A DNA stretch of 64,000 nt from Klebsormidium nitens (lineage: Eukaryota > Plantae > Klebsormidiophyceae): assembly GCA_000708835.1 (NCBI GenBank), contig DF237146.1, positions 1 through 64,000 on the forward strand, in the 5' to 3' direction. The notes below the pieces were generated by a model. That model was given only the letters and a program-made list of their open reading frames with translations. It was not told the origin of the DNA and ran no database searches. This document shows, piece by piece, positions 48,528-60,015 of this stretch (its first letter is position 1; every line of letters starts with the position of its first letter). Position numbers and translations under genes: made by a program.

Positions 48528-49018
48528 AGCGGCGGGCTTTAGAAGTTCTCGGAAAGAGTGTTTGAACAACTTCACATACGGCTGGAATAGACACGCGCCG
48601 CTTGAACTCGCGGGCGCCCCGGGGGGTTCCGATCGCCGGCCGCGCCGACCCCGTCGCCGCCCCGCGGCCGCGCTGCGGCGCGGAGACGGGAGTCGCGCGC
48701 GGTCGCGCTCCGGCGAGATGACCAGAACCACGGGCGGCCGCGCTCTGGCGCGGAGACTAGAGTCGCGCGGCCGCGTCCCGGCGAGAGGACCGAGCCGCGC
48801 GCCGCGCCGCGCGCGTCTGCGCCATAAGGTACGCTTTCTTTTCCGCGTCAAGTGCAAGCGAGGTGAATGACGTAATGCATTCAATCCCTCGCGCGGGCGC
48901 GGGCGCGCCGGTGACAGAATCCTGTTGCGGCTGCCCTAGAGAACGCCGCAAAAACTAGTTTAAACTTGGGGCACCAGCAGAAGTCTGAGCTCTTCAGCAA
49001 ACACCTGTGCGCGCAGAG

Positions 49019-49872
49019 ATGGACGGTCTTGCAGTGGACGTAATCGTGATCATTCTGCGCAAGCTAGCGGGACAGGATCCTCTTTCCCTGCTGCAAGCCA
49101 TGACGTGCGCTTGCAAGTCGTTCCTGAGATGGTCTCCTGCTCTTTGGAGGGAAGCGTTTCTAGCCCCTTATCCCGCGCGCGGACGAAAATGCGTTGGGGT
49201 TGGAAGAAAGCTTAACGCCTGATTTCGGTGAGATGGTCACGTCAATGGGGGAATATAAGCGGCTTGCGCTGGTGAAAGGTCGGTATCGGCGGGCGTCGAA
49301 GCTGCACATTGCAAACCTGAACAAACACCCAGAGAAACTTCCAACGACTGAGCTAGAGAAAGGGTATTCAGGCGCATCGTTACCTCCATATTCAAAGATC
49401 TTGGCCCGGTACTTGTTTCTTTACAAGTTGCGCGGGGAAACTCTTTCGGGGACATTCTTTGCGACACCGCAGAATCCGTACTACATTGAAACTCCTAGCT
49501 GGATCCTTAAACTGTTTCCTAACCACAGAGAAGCGGACGCTGATAGCATGCCTGTGACAGCCTATTTGACGATAGCTGGAAACCAGCGTCTTGGTATAAC
49601 CTACGAAAGGATGCTGAAGGATTGGACTAGAGACGGAACGATCAAGGTCACGAAGAAAGCCAAAAAAGGGGGATGTAAAATAAATAGAGGCGTGGTCTCA
49701 GATATATAGAGTCTCTAATCTTGAGGTCTACGCCTGTTTTAACCCTGATCTAAAATCAGCGAGAAGAGAGTGCAAGCCGTGGGACTTCCGCCTTGCTATC
49801 ACGACCAAACGGAACATTTTCACCTTTCCCGTTTGCAGGCGGAAAGTATACCTGCTTTCCCCCGGAACCTAA
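49019..49872 (+). pseudogene. F-box gene, class II (E-type, A-related); frameshifts
   Basis: MDGLAVDVIVIILRKLAGQDPLSLL...LWREAFLA, frameshift near 49180, EYKRLALVKGR...ARYLFLYKLRG, lesion near 49710, then NLEVYAC..KPWDF..FPVCRRKVYLLSP*. Confidence 0.85.
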
Positions 49873-51419
49873 GTTAAAAGAGCTTTGATGTCCAAAAGCA
49901 GGACCTTGCCAGCAGACTACCATCTGATTTCAAAGCGGGTATTGGTTGTCGTAGCAGCAATGACTCATTGGACGGATCAGGCTAAAAGTCGGGGCGTTGC
50001 CAACGGGTAGATGCTCAGAGGAACAGAATTGCCCTTTTCCAGAAATATTTTTTGGCTTCGGCTCGTCATGCGTCCTTCTAGAGGCAAGTCACGGTTTTTT
50101 GAAAACTTGTGTGCTTGACCATTTTATGAATCTCAATACTGGGCCAAGAAGGAGACGCGTTTGTGTGAATGAACCCTTCCACAGCATCCTTCATGATTGT
50201 CCAAAGACTTGCGGATCGCCCATGCTCAGAGTTGCGATTCGCGATATCATCGGTGGTGACGTGCATGGTGACGTGCCTCATGAATCCTGCAACAGCCGTT
50301 TTCGAATGTTCATATCAATTCGTTTTCTTACGATGCTGCTACATCCGGACGATGGGGTCTAAGCTGGTAGATACCTTCAATTCGCAATTCTTAGTGTGAT
50401 TTGTAGAAGGCTTTCGTCGCTGAAGGAGCTGACCGTTGATACTCATGTCAGCTTTTTGAGCCCACTGCTCCTTTTGGGTCCAAAGTGCATCCAGATGCAC
50501 CGACAAGTGTTATTCCGCTTTTCGACAGTCCTAGGCAAAAACAGCCGACAAGTGTAAGACGTCACAGCCCATCAACCAAAATAATGGCCTAAATCGTGCA
50601 TCATCTCATACTTAAGCACTGGTTCTGAGTTCGCAGCCACTGTAGCATCCACAGCTGCCACTTCATCCTGATTATATCGGGAGTCTGACGTGTCTCTCAA
50701 CGTGAAATGTACTGTCAAGTGCAATCCTGCAAACGCGGAGATTGCTATCAGAAATATTGTTCAAATCCTCCTAGCATACGACTTACAAATTTGAAAGGGG
50801 TGAGAAACGAAGATCTGGATCCTTCGTACCGAGACAGGTGCTGAGAGTCAGGCTGTTCCTTCAAACGCTCCGTTTAGTGTTGCTCCTAACGCCTTCTTCT
50901 GATTCGCTGCAGCGATTCAATCCATTTCACCTGAAGTACAGACTCATTAAGTGCTTAAGGTTCCTTGCGCGATAGTACACTCGTACTGGAGCGAAGCCGC
51001 TACGCCAACCCCCTACCCGTCAGGGTTATACTCGCAAACAGGCCGTCAGAATCTGCGGCAGACCGTGTTGCAGCTCTCCGGCAGAGAGACCAATCCGTGT
51101 GCGTCAGCGCCAGCAGCTACCTCTTCTGGATTGCCCACGCGCGCACAGGCATCCGAGCCACACGCCGCAGCCCGGAGCTGATGTTGCGCTCGCGGCAGAT
51201 GACGACTGACGATTGCGAAGCTGTCACCAGCGGGCTGTTTCCGCGCCCAGGGGAAACAGCGCGCGGACTGCGGCGCGGTCGGCGGACCCCTCATTGATGG
51301 CGAGATCGGTGGCCGCCAGAAACCCTGAACCCTGAACCCCGGCGCAGCTCGCCCAGTATAACAAAGCGAAAACGGCACCCGAAAGCGCGGCATTTTTGGC
51401 GAATCTTCTGCCAGCTGCC

Positions 51420-51593
51420 ATGGAAGATCTACCAAGTGGGGGCGGTCGCTCGCGTGCATTAGACAAAGACGGTCCTCGAAGAACCTCGCGGGGGATTGGG
51501 AGCCGCGAAAGATGCATGGCCAGGCGCACGCGCACACGCGCGCACACACGCCGCCAGCGACCGTACAGACGCACATGCTTCTTTGGTGTATGA
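51420..51593 (+). pseudogene. Possible F-box start relic (MEDLPS)
   Basis: MEDLPS follows a GC-rich spacer-like tract containing GAAACCCTGAACCCTGAACCC. No further family motif is recoverable. Confidence 0.25.
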
Positions 51594-53654
51594 TCGATGT
51601 GCTATGTTCATTACAACAGTAAAGAAAGATGGCTGGAAGACGCTGTGTCAAACGTTTACGGTTAAATGTGAACGGTTAACCGTTCGGGTTCAAGGACGGA
51701 CTCCGAGTTTCCCTCGGAGTTTCCCTCTTATGAAGGCAGTATGGGCTTGAGTCAGACATAGAACCTTGAATTGTTGGATCCCCTTTTGACTGCACTTCGT
51801 CTTTGAAATGCAAATGCGAAGTAAAGCAATCTCTTATGCATGCAATCTCTTACGCATGCCCGGCAACTTCAATTGCCTGAAGTACATCTAGAATCAACCA
51901 TCGTTCAACAGTTCCGCAATGTGAAGAGAAGGTGAAAGCCAATAAAGGAATTCAGAAAATGGTCGACGGAACATGAGGCAAGCGGGTCAAGCAATTTCAA
52001 CTCAAGAGCACAAATCGACATCCAATACTTACAAGATGCCTGGCTGCACATGTATCGAGAACAATACAACTGTCACCTATATTCTGATCACCGACCTATA
52101 CATTGAAACTTTGTCCTGAAATATACATTGTCGTTGAATGTTCTCAATAAAAACATCCGCCACTCGATCGGGTTTGCATCGCTCTCGCTTCCCTGACGAG
52201 GTCGTCCCTACGTTTTACAACTTTCTCTAGTATGGGCCCTTTGAATCCTTTCCGTCGGTGAAAGGCGCTGCTTTGTCTGCACGTCTAAGGTAGACCTGTC
52301 TGTCTACTTCCCGTGGCTTATCCACACGTTCCGGGGCGCTCGAGTGGTGACTCTAGTGGTCTTGCGTTTCTACAGTTGTCAACCAGGAGGTTGAATATGC
52401 CTACATCTTCGCCTCTGGTTTCTGATCAACCAGCGGAGCCTCACATTCCGGAAAGCTTTGCACTTATTATTCCTGCACAATAAGTTCCTTAAGAGATTCG
52501 TCTTGCTGTAATGGACCTATGGATCCCCAGAGAAATCAAGTCCCTTTCTCTTTGTCACGAAGTGTACTAATGATCCGCTGATGGAAGGGTTCATACAAAA
52601 CGTCGTCCACTGATAACACAGTCCGCTCTTTCACTAATTCCCCGGAATATGGGTGATTAGACGTCTCACCCACTTTACGGGGAACACTTCCAAAGTTATC
52701 TCCCATGTAGGCACTAGTTTTCTGAGATTCTGTGATGACAGATTCTCCCCAGAGTGGAAAAGAAGGCCCGCAAATCAACCGAGAGGCCTTGCTGCTTGTC
52801 TGGAAACGCTCCTGACCTGCCCGGCGGTCCTTAGAGCAGAGGCCCCGCAACACCAGCCTAGCGCGAGGCGCGGCCGCGCCTCAAACGGCGCGGCGTCGCA
52901 CGGCCGCGGCCGCGGCCGAGGTCAAGACCAGGAACCTGACAAAACCGCGCTGGTATTGGGCCTGGGCCGCGGCTGGTCCGAGGCGGCGACCGGCCCGAGT
53001 CCGCGGCCGTGCGCGGAAGACGGCCTGTCATGGCTTTTGAACAAAAGCAGTTCTTTTTTCTGAGCTCGGCATTCAGACCCAGCGGCTTTTGCTCCTAACA
53101 ATCAGGGAAACAGGTTTGGGTCAAGCGTGAGTCAGGATGACGTCAGACATGCAGAGGAAAAAAGAAAGGACCCCGCTGCCGCGCTACTGGAGTCTAGTCC
53201 TGGTGACCTGCTGCTGGACAGGTACGTAAGGCGAAGTGCACCCTTTGAAAAGCATGCATGTAATGAGGAGGAGGAGGTTGGATTGCTGCCCTGCTTCTAG
53301 CTCACTGCATTTTAGATTTGAATTTACTTAGCATCCCTCTACGTGATGTAGCCATCCTGTGGTTGTCGACAATTCGGATTGTGTAAGACTTCGTCTTTTG
53401 TACGGCTTTGTGTTGCATGTAAAGTTTGTGAAGACGTCAGAATCCGCCCATGTGCTGTTCGAGGGCTTTGTTACCGAGCAACGTTCCAAAGAGTTCGTTA
53501 AGATTCCAGAGGGATGTAGTACAGAGTCTGAATGTTGAGGATGTTTGTTCAGAATATTACTACTGGGGCTGAGTGAAATCCTTGCCGGGAAAGTAAACGG
53601 GTGGGTGACATTGCCGACCTTTTGAGTCGGCCAGATGTAGAAATAAGCCACAAA

Positions 53655-55928
53655 ATGTTGATTAAGTGGGCTCTTTACTTACTGATACTTGTTCAGCTCG
53701 CTGCTCGAATTCATGGAGTACACATGTCCAATACTCATCGCATCTTCTCTGCAGTTCTCAGTGCTCCCAATGGATCCAGCGCTCAAACTCTCCCCACCAA
53801 CCAGTCGCTCCCCGAGCCGACCCTGGTGAACGGCTTCTTGCTGAGCAACCATTCCAATTGGACAAATCCAGTGCTCGGGAACACGCCCCGACCGCTACAA
53901 GTAATTAAGTGCCAATCGCTGACGAAACCGGTGTACGACTTCTATCAGATCGAAGCACCAAGGAAGACTTGTCACATTCCGCCTCCGCTTGTAAACGTCC
54001 TCCATCCAAAGCACACTCCCATAGTACTCCGCATTCTCCTGGGCACAGCCATCCTTCTCAGCGTGGTTCTCTTCGGCCTCATTCTGTTTTGGATGGCTTG
54101 GGTGGCTTTCCTTATCGCTTTGTCCGGCGGTCTGGCGACCCTGGCGGTAGTCGGCTGCCTGCTGATCTGCCTTCTGAGGTGCATCTTCTGCTGTTGCTTT
54201 CCTTGGGAGAAGAGCGCCAGCTCTCAGGAGGCCCCAGATGTGGAAGCACCCGGCCCTTCGCCAAATCACGCCGACAACGTCACTGGAAAGAAAGAGGTTA
54301 CTAAGTCAGTTCAAGTCGAGTCCCTGAAGTCCGAGATTGGCTGGGTAAAGTCAAACGATACCGCTAAGCAAGAGCGCACTATTAGCTGGGAGCCGGCCAA
54401 TGAGTTCAACCCCTTCGATCTCAGCTACACCAGCGAAATACAAACGCCAAACAAGGACGCGAGGGCCGCCGCTTTCCAAGGACACGTGGCGGCTTCGAAG
54501 GCAGCTGCTGACATCACTCCCCAGTCAGTGGAGCTTTCGGACGGCCAGTTTGGGTCGGATCTACAAGTTCCCCCGGTGATCTGCTACAAGACCAAGGAAA
54601 GGAAAGAGGGCCCGGAAGCGCGACCCATACTGTCAGGGACTCCTGATCGCGACGTACATCGTAACGCTGCCGGTGCTCGTTTACCTGATGGTCTCAGTTG
54701 CTCGCATGATTCCGGGAGGGGTCAAGTGCTTCACGACCGATACCAGAGTGGAGCGGCTGTGCCCGGTGCCTCTGCCTCAACCGGAACAAGGTAAGGGTAT
54801 TTGTTGCGCATGCACGCAGATGGATTTTTGGCGGTTAAACGTAGTCGGTTACGTGCTGGATCAAAGCTGGTTGAATGTCCGCTAACCGGACTGGAGCAGT
54901 TAACCACGTTTTTAGCATGGCATAACGCGGTTATTGGTCAAAGAACCACACTGGAGTCTGGTTATGAAACCTGGTTAGCAGCAAGACTTTCCTTTGACGT
55001 TGAATTTGGTGGCTGTGAAGACTTTGCGCGTTTTGCCAAGATTTTTGATGGGCTAGAACGACTTGGTCAAGTTCAGTACTGCCCGGCCAAAGATAATGGT
55101 CAAGCAAGCTCACAAACTCTTTGTCGTTGGCTGCTGAGAATTGCACAGTCCTTGAAAGTTCTAATAGTATGTGGTGACGTCGTTGCATCCATTCCAAGCC
55201 CACCGGAGATGCGAACGTACCGTCTGCACTTTGGCTGCCCACAAACCCTTCGTGATCTGCTCAAACATCAAGGTTTAATACGATTCGACGCGCGCGCGCG
55301 CGCACGCGCACGCGCGACTCACAACCGGGTCAACAACGAGCGCCTTAAAATCTAGGTTACTGTTCAACTCACGCAGTCAACTGCTCGTACATCAAAAATA
55401 AGAGTCGGGCTTGAAAATTTCCTGGGTGAGAGCTCTTTACCAAGCAGACATGTAGGCATGCTGTTTTCTGGTCATTGTATCTGTACTCAAGCCTCGACGA
55501 ATCGACAAACTCTCTCCTCGATGACGTCTTTACCAGGTCTGAACCAGTACCTGGCTACCAAGACCAACGGAACCAGCCTGACGCTGCAGCTCTGCAAGAA
55601 CGGCAACTTTCAATTCTACGCTCTGGCTCCGGACGGCTGCGGACGTCTGGAAGATCCGTACGGCGGCCGCGCCCCCGACAACGAGCTGCCGGCACGTATC
55701 CGCGCCACGTGTCCGGAATTTCTGGGCATTTGGCCCGCCAAAGTCTTGGTGTACTGGTCTCCACTCAACCAGGCAATGGCCGTCGCCGTCTGGTCTTTGG
55801 TACTGGACTGCACGTTGCCTCTGTGCGAGTGCGAGGGGTGTAAGAAGGAGCGCGAGAGGAGAGCGGAAGTTGCGGTTCAAACGGAGGACCCTCCGCGTGA
55901 GCAATTTGGAGTGGAAGAAACAGTCTAG
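53655..55928 (+). CDS. Membrane protein with signal peptide, hydrophobic hairpin and Cys cluster; intron 54791-55536; probable frameshift near 54580-54625
   Basis: MLIKWALYLLILVQLAARIHG; long hydrophobic segment ending CLLRCIFCCCFPW; donor GTAAGG at 54791 and acceptor TACCAG at 55536. An alternative frame with TM GLLIATYIVTLPVLVYLMVSV splices in phase to GLNQYLAT...EETV*. Confidence 0.55.
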
Positions 55929-56690
55929 AAGTTGAGGGCAGTGAGGAGGGTCCTATCGCGGATGACACCGACAGAAGAGACTGGCCGCGCGTATATCATC
56001 TCTGACTCATTCCTTTGAAAGCTAGACGCGGTGTTCATAATAATACAGACGCTATCAATCTTCATAGTAATCGTTACAGACATGTGATGTTCTCTCTTAT
56101 TTGAGGCGACTGATGATATGGTAGAAAAAGTTCTGCCATGACCACCTGTCGAATATCTCTAAGCCGAATGTTTTGTTCTTCGGACCAGTAATCTGGACAC
56201 GGATACTTGGATGAGCATGTACGTGGAGTAGCTCGTTTCAGTACTACGCATGCTTTGGCAGTCTGAATGAACGAGCGCTTCGACATGCAACGAGTGTTGC
56301 TTGCAACAAGCAGCTTAAATATTGAAGAGTATTCGGCTCGTTCATCCAATCCATGGCTCAGTCGCGTCTGATTTGATCTACGCGGCGTCCTTGGTTCAAA
56401 CCTTGAACGGGTTGGCTGATAGGTCAACCGGCTTTCCCCCAGGGACTTGCTTAACGTTTTCGGACGAATTCTCAACGCGACGGAATTGATGCGTATCTCA
56501 AAAACAGCCCGCTAACAGAACCCGCCGTAACTTCAGCCGCAATAGCAAGCCCGGCTTCTCGAGCGCCCATCATCGTCAAAACCGTCGTCGGAACGAACAG
56601 CCTGCGACAGCATGATGAAAGCACGAGACCCGTCCGTCACTTCAAGGTGTGCCTCTCCTCATTACCGAGCAAGCGGCGATAGTGCCGGGC

Positions 56691-56918
56691 ATGGAATCAC
56701 TTTCAAACGACGTACTCTTGGTTGTTCTGGCGAAGAATAGCGGCTCAGGCCCTTTGCCTTTCTGCGGGCCTCGTGCGTTTGCAAGCTTTTTTCTCTGTGT
56801 AACTCAAGAGATTCTTGTCGTCTGGAAGGAAGCGTGGAAAGACCTTGCGCCGCTTGACAAAATGCACCAATCGCAGAGCCTCCGGCCGGCCGGCCCCGTT
56901 GTCAACACGGGGGTATGA
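56691..56918 (+). pseudogene. F-box relic
   Basis: MESLSNDVLLVVLAK, then frameshifted remnants of A.QDPL / RASCVCK and VWKEAW. Confidence 0.5.
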
Positions 56919-58515
56919 AACGGCTGCGGCGCGCGGCCGCGGTCTGGCACCGTGTGGAAACGAGTGTATCGCGCGACCGTGCGCGTCCGCGCCGGCAGGT
57001 CCCTTTTGGAGGACCCAGGGCAAGCTCTGAAACTCTTTCCTAGAAGGCGGTTAGACCTTACTGATTACCGTCCCCCGTCGATAGCCTAGGGTATGAGCAG
57101 ATCGAACCAACAACTTTCACAGCAATGCCGTCCCGAAGCGACGATGCGGGAACGATGCGCTATCCAGCTGGAGCCAGACATACAGGGGTTTTCAGCCATA
57201 TAGAAAAGAACTTCGAAGAAAGGGACGAGAGTGCTTTCCATAGGAATGGAAAGTCTTAGGAATTCGATGATTGTCAGTAACTCATCACCGTCAGAAGAAA
57301 GGTGATTTGCGCGGGTTGACGGCACAGATCTGCTGCCCCGTCACCGCCAATCTCGGGTGGCGGCATAGGGGCTCCATACGCAGACGGAACTGCGAGTGGA
57401 TCAGTGATGTAACTTCGGTTACGTTACTGAAGCTGATCTGACGTCATGTCACCGAAACTAGCATGATGGGGCTAGTCTCGGCAGAGACGGTGATGAGTGA
57501 TGTGTCCACTTTCGATGTTTTGTTCATAACCAGGTCCGGTGGTTGAGGGGCCGCCGTTTTTGATCAGAAGTGAATTGCAAGGAGGCGCCTCGGCTGTCCG
57601 TCCTTAGTGAAGTGAGGCATCTTAGTGGGTTGTTTAAAAAAGGAGGAACGTGTCCAAGCCTGCTCAACATGGCCGCGTTGGTTGAGGGCCGGCGCGGCGA
57701 GATGGCAGGGAAGGGAGAGGTCATCAGCAGTGACGAGATGTACATGCGCAGGTAAGGCGAGCTAAGCGAGTGGGAAGGAGGGTGGGTGAAACTTTTCAGC
57801 GGCGCCGCCTTGGCAGGCGCTCTGAGTTTCTTCTTGCGCCTTAGCGAAATTGCTGAGCAAATGAGCAAGGCAAGATGACTACTTGCTCTTGCTTCTGGTC
57901 TTGAACAAGCGTCAAGCAGAGTCGCTTTGTTCAAGCGACACGCTCACGGCGTCAGCTATGGCTGCTGACGCGACGAGGTTGAAATTCAAATCTCAGCGAG
58001 GGTTATGAGGTTTAAGAGTCACGCGCGACCGCGCGCTCGGCTGGTGGCGCAAAGGCACGCGCAAGGCTGAGCATTCTGGTGCTTTAAGGTTTGACAGGTT
58101 ATCTCATCATCTAGCCACGGGTTATCGCAATGAACGGCTGAGGTGCATTCTCCTAATGAAATGAGAGGGAGACTACTCTGCTGTAATTTCCAGCAGAATC
58201 GACGTCTTTGGGCTCTGGCGACGCAAGGCCGGCCGTCCCGCGCGGCCGCGGGCCAGCTATGGAAGCGGCCGCGCCCGCGTCACTGAAGGCTTTCGGAAAT
58301 TCGACGCGGCAGCGCGGCGCGCCTGCACTGGCCATTGGGCAACAGCCGCCGCCGCGGCCGCGACAATAATGCTGCCAGAACCGTCGGGTCATTGTTCCAT
58401 AGAGCGCTAGCGCGTCGGGCGCAGCTCTCTTCCCCTTCAAGCAGGCCTCTTTCCGCATAAAGAAATTTTCTTGTTTCTCAGAAACTGGCGCGTTCCTTTT
58501 AAAATCCTTGTCAGC

Positions 58516-59401
58516 ATGATGGAGGGCCTCCCAAGCGACACAGTCTTGGGCATCCTGTTGAAGCTAGCGGTGCAAGACCCTCTCTCTTTGCTGCGGGCGA
58601 CCTTTGCTTGCAAGTGGATCCTCAGAAAGCAACCCTGCCGTCTGGAGGGAAGCATTCTTTGCGCCTTGTCGCAGAGAGATGGGCACGATTCGGGGTGCAA
58701 AGCAAGGTGGGTACAAGAAACTCGCGTTAGTGAGAGCCAGGCATAGATTAGAAGCGGCGAAACCAGGGGGGACAATGATTCGAGAACAAACGCAGGAACA
58801 AGAAAAGTCTAGTTCTGAACAAATCAAGAAGCGGCTCTTGCTCCTGTTTGCAAGAGGCGGCGTGCCGAAGCCCACGAGACATGTCAAGATTCACGTGGCC
58901 CGATACGTGTACCTTTTCAGGCTTCGAGGGAGGCTCTTTCATGATGCTGAAGTTTTTCCAATGGACCACTCGTGCTACGAAGGGGACCCTGAGGTTTTTA
59001 AGTTAACACAAGAGACTCTCCCTCATGTCCCTCTGGAATTCAGGTTCACCAAGTCCGGACAGAAGCTTCTAGGTGCAACGTACAGTGAGATGATCAAAGA
59101 CTGGGAGAAAATCGCACCAGGGGCCGATGGCACCCGCTTAGTCGAGGACGATATCTCCGTGGAAGTCTACGCTTAAATAACCGTCGAAGGGGGCGTCTTG
59201 CCCGTGGCTTGCAAGCCTATAGATAGAATCTACACCCTAAGCTGTAAGGACTGCAGAGGAATAGACTACCAAATCCCAGACTGCGAAACTCCTGTGTATC
59301 TTGTTCCTCAAGGAAAGCACGGTTTCAGCGGCAAGGGTGGTCAGATAGATGACGCCTCGTCCGCGGAAGCAGGACAAAGACTTGTTCAGATTTCGTTCTA
59401 G
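58516..59401 (+). pseudogene. F-box gene, class II (A/E-type); frameshift and internal stop
   Basis: MMEGLPSDTVLGILLKLAVQDPLSLLRATFACK, frameshift near 58630, PAVWREAFFA..GGYKKLALVRAR..ARYVYLFRLRG..ISVEVYA* (59174-59176), then in-frame continuation IPDCETPVYLVP to 59401. Confidence 0.85.
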
Positions 59402-59751
59402 ATGGATCCACATAACCACACACGCCCGTGGAATGATGCATGAGCACATCAGCCTAGGTTTGTGTGTGTTCCAATCGAACTTCTCTATTCCATATGACGC
59501 TGATCAGGCTCGCATACGGTTAGATCTTCGTCAGATACGTGAGCATTTTTCTCTAAGTTCTGTCATTTTTGAACTATTTTTCTGCGGACCCCGTACCGTA
59601 CGCAGCCTGCCCATACAGGAGTGGTGTGTGGAGTCAGCCAAAGTACTTCGATTCATCATGCAATGAGCAGACTATTTTGAAGCCTGCTGACCTAGTGTTT
59701 GGACCGGAATCTTTAATGATTATGACCACGGCGGGAAGCATGTTCCTAATT

Positions 59752-60015
59752 GAATGATCTTCCTAAGGGAGTATTTCTTCAAGCTTCGCCTGCTTGCAAG
59801 GACACAGAAGATTCGAATCTCTGTACTTGTGGGGTCACGATGGCAGAATCCGTCCATTTGCACGCGTGAATGAAGAACTGCGAGGCGATTCAAAATCATT
59901 TGACGCGTTCCGCGCGCTTCATGGATACATCCTCATAGCAAGGCACTGCTCCTTCGTAGGACATCTTGGAAATTTTCATTTCCCGTTGCCCGTGCTTGTT
60001 TCTGGGTTGTTATGA
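59752..60015 (+). pseudogene. Possible F-box relic
   Basis: NDLPKGVFL-QASPACK, and in another frame KSFDAFRALHGYILIAR, resembling KLD.E..ALGGYKKLVIAR. Confidence 0.3.

Noticed and set aside
49997-50720. LRR-like fragments (LSSLKELTV) and ORF 49997-50362
   Set aside because: Only one short motif amid stops. Cannot support a gene call.
52536-53063. Possible B-type relic (RLICGPSFPLWG; VLSVDD) next to a GCGGCCGC-rich tract
   Set aside because: No F-box motif recoverable and similarity too weak by eye. Worth an HMM scan.
54801-55355. 184-aa ORF
   Set aside because: Lies wholly inside the predicted intron 54791-55536, starts at a non-ATG codon and has no motif.
57524-58100. Minus-strand partner for the 58516 copy
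   Set aside because: A spacer-like GC tract is present but no F-box translation could be recovered.
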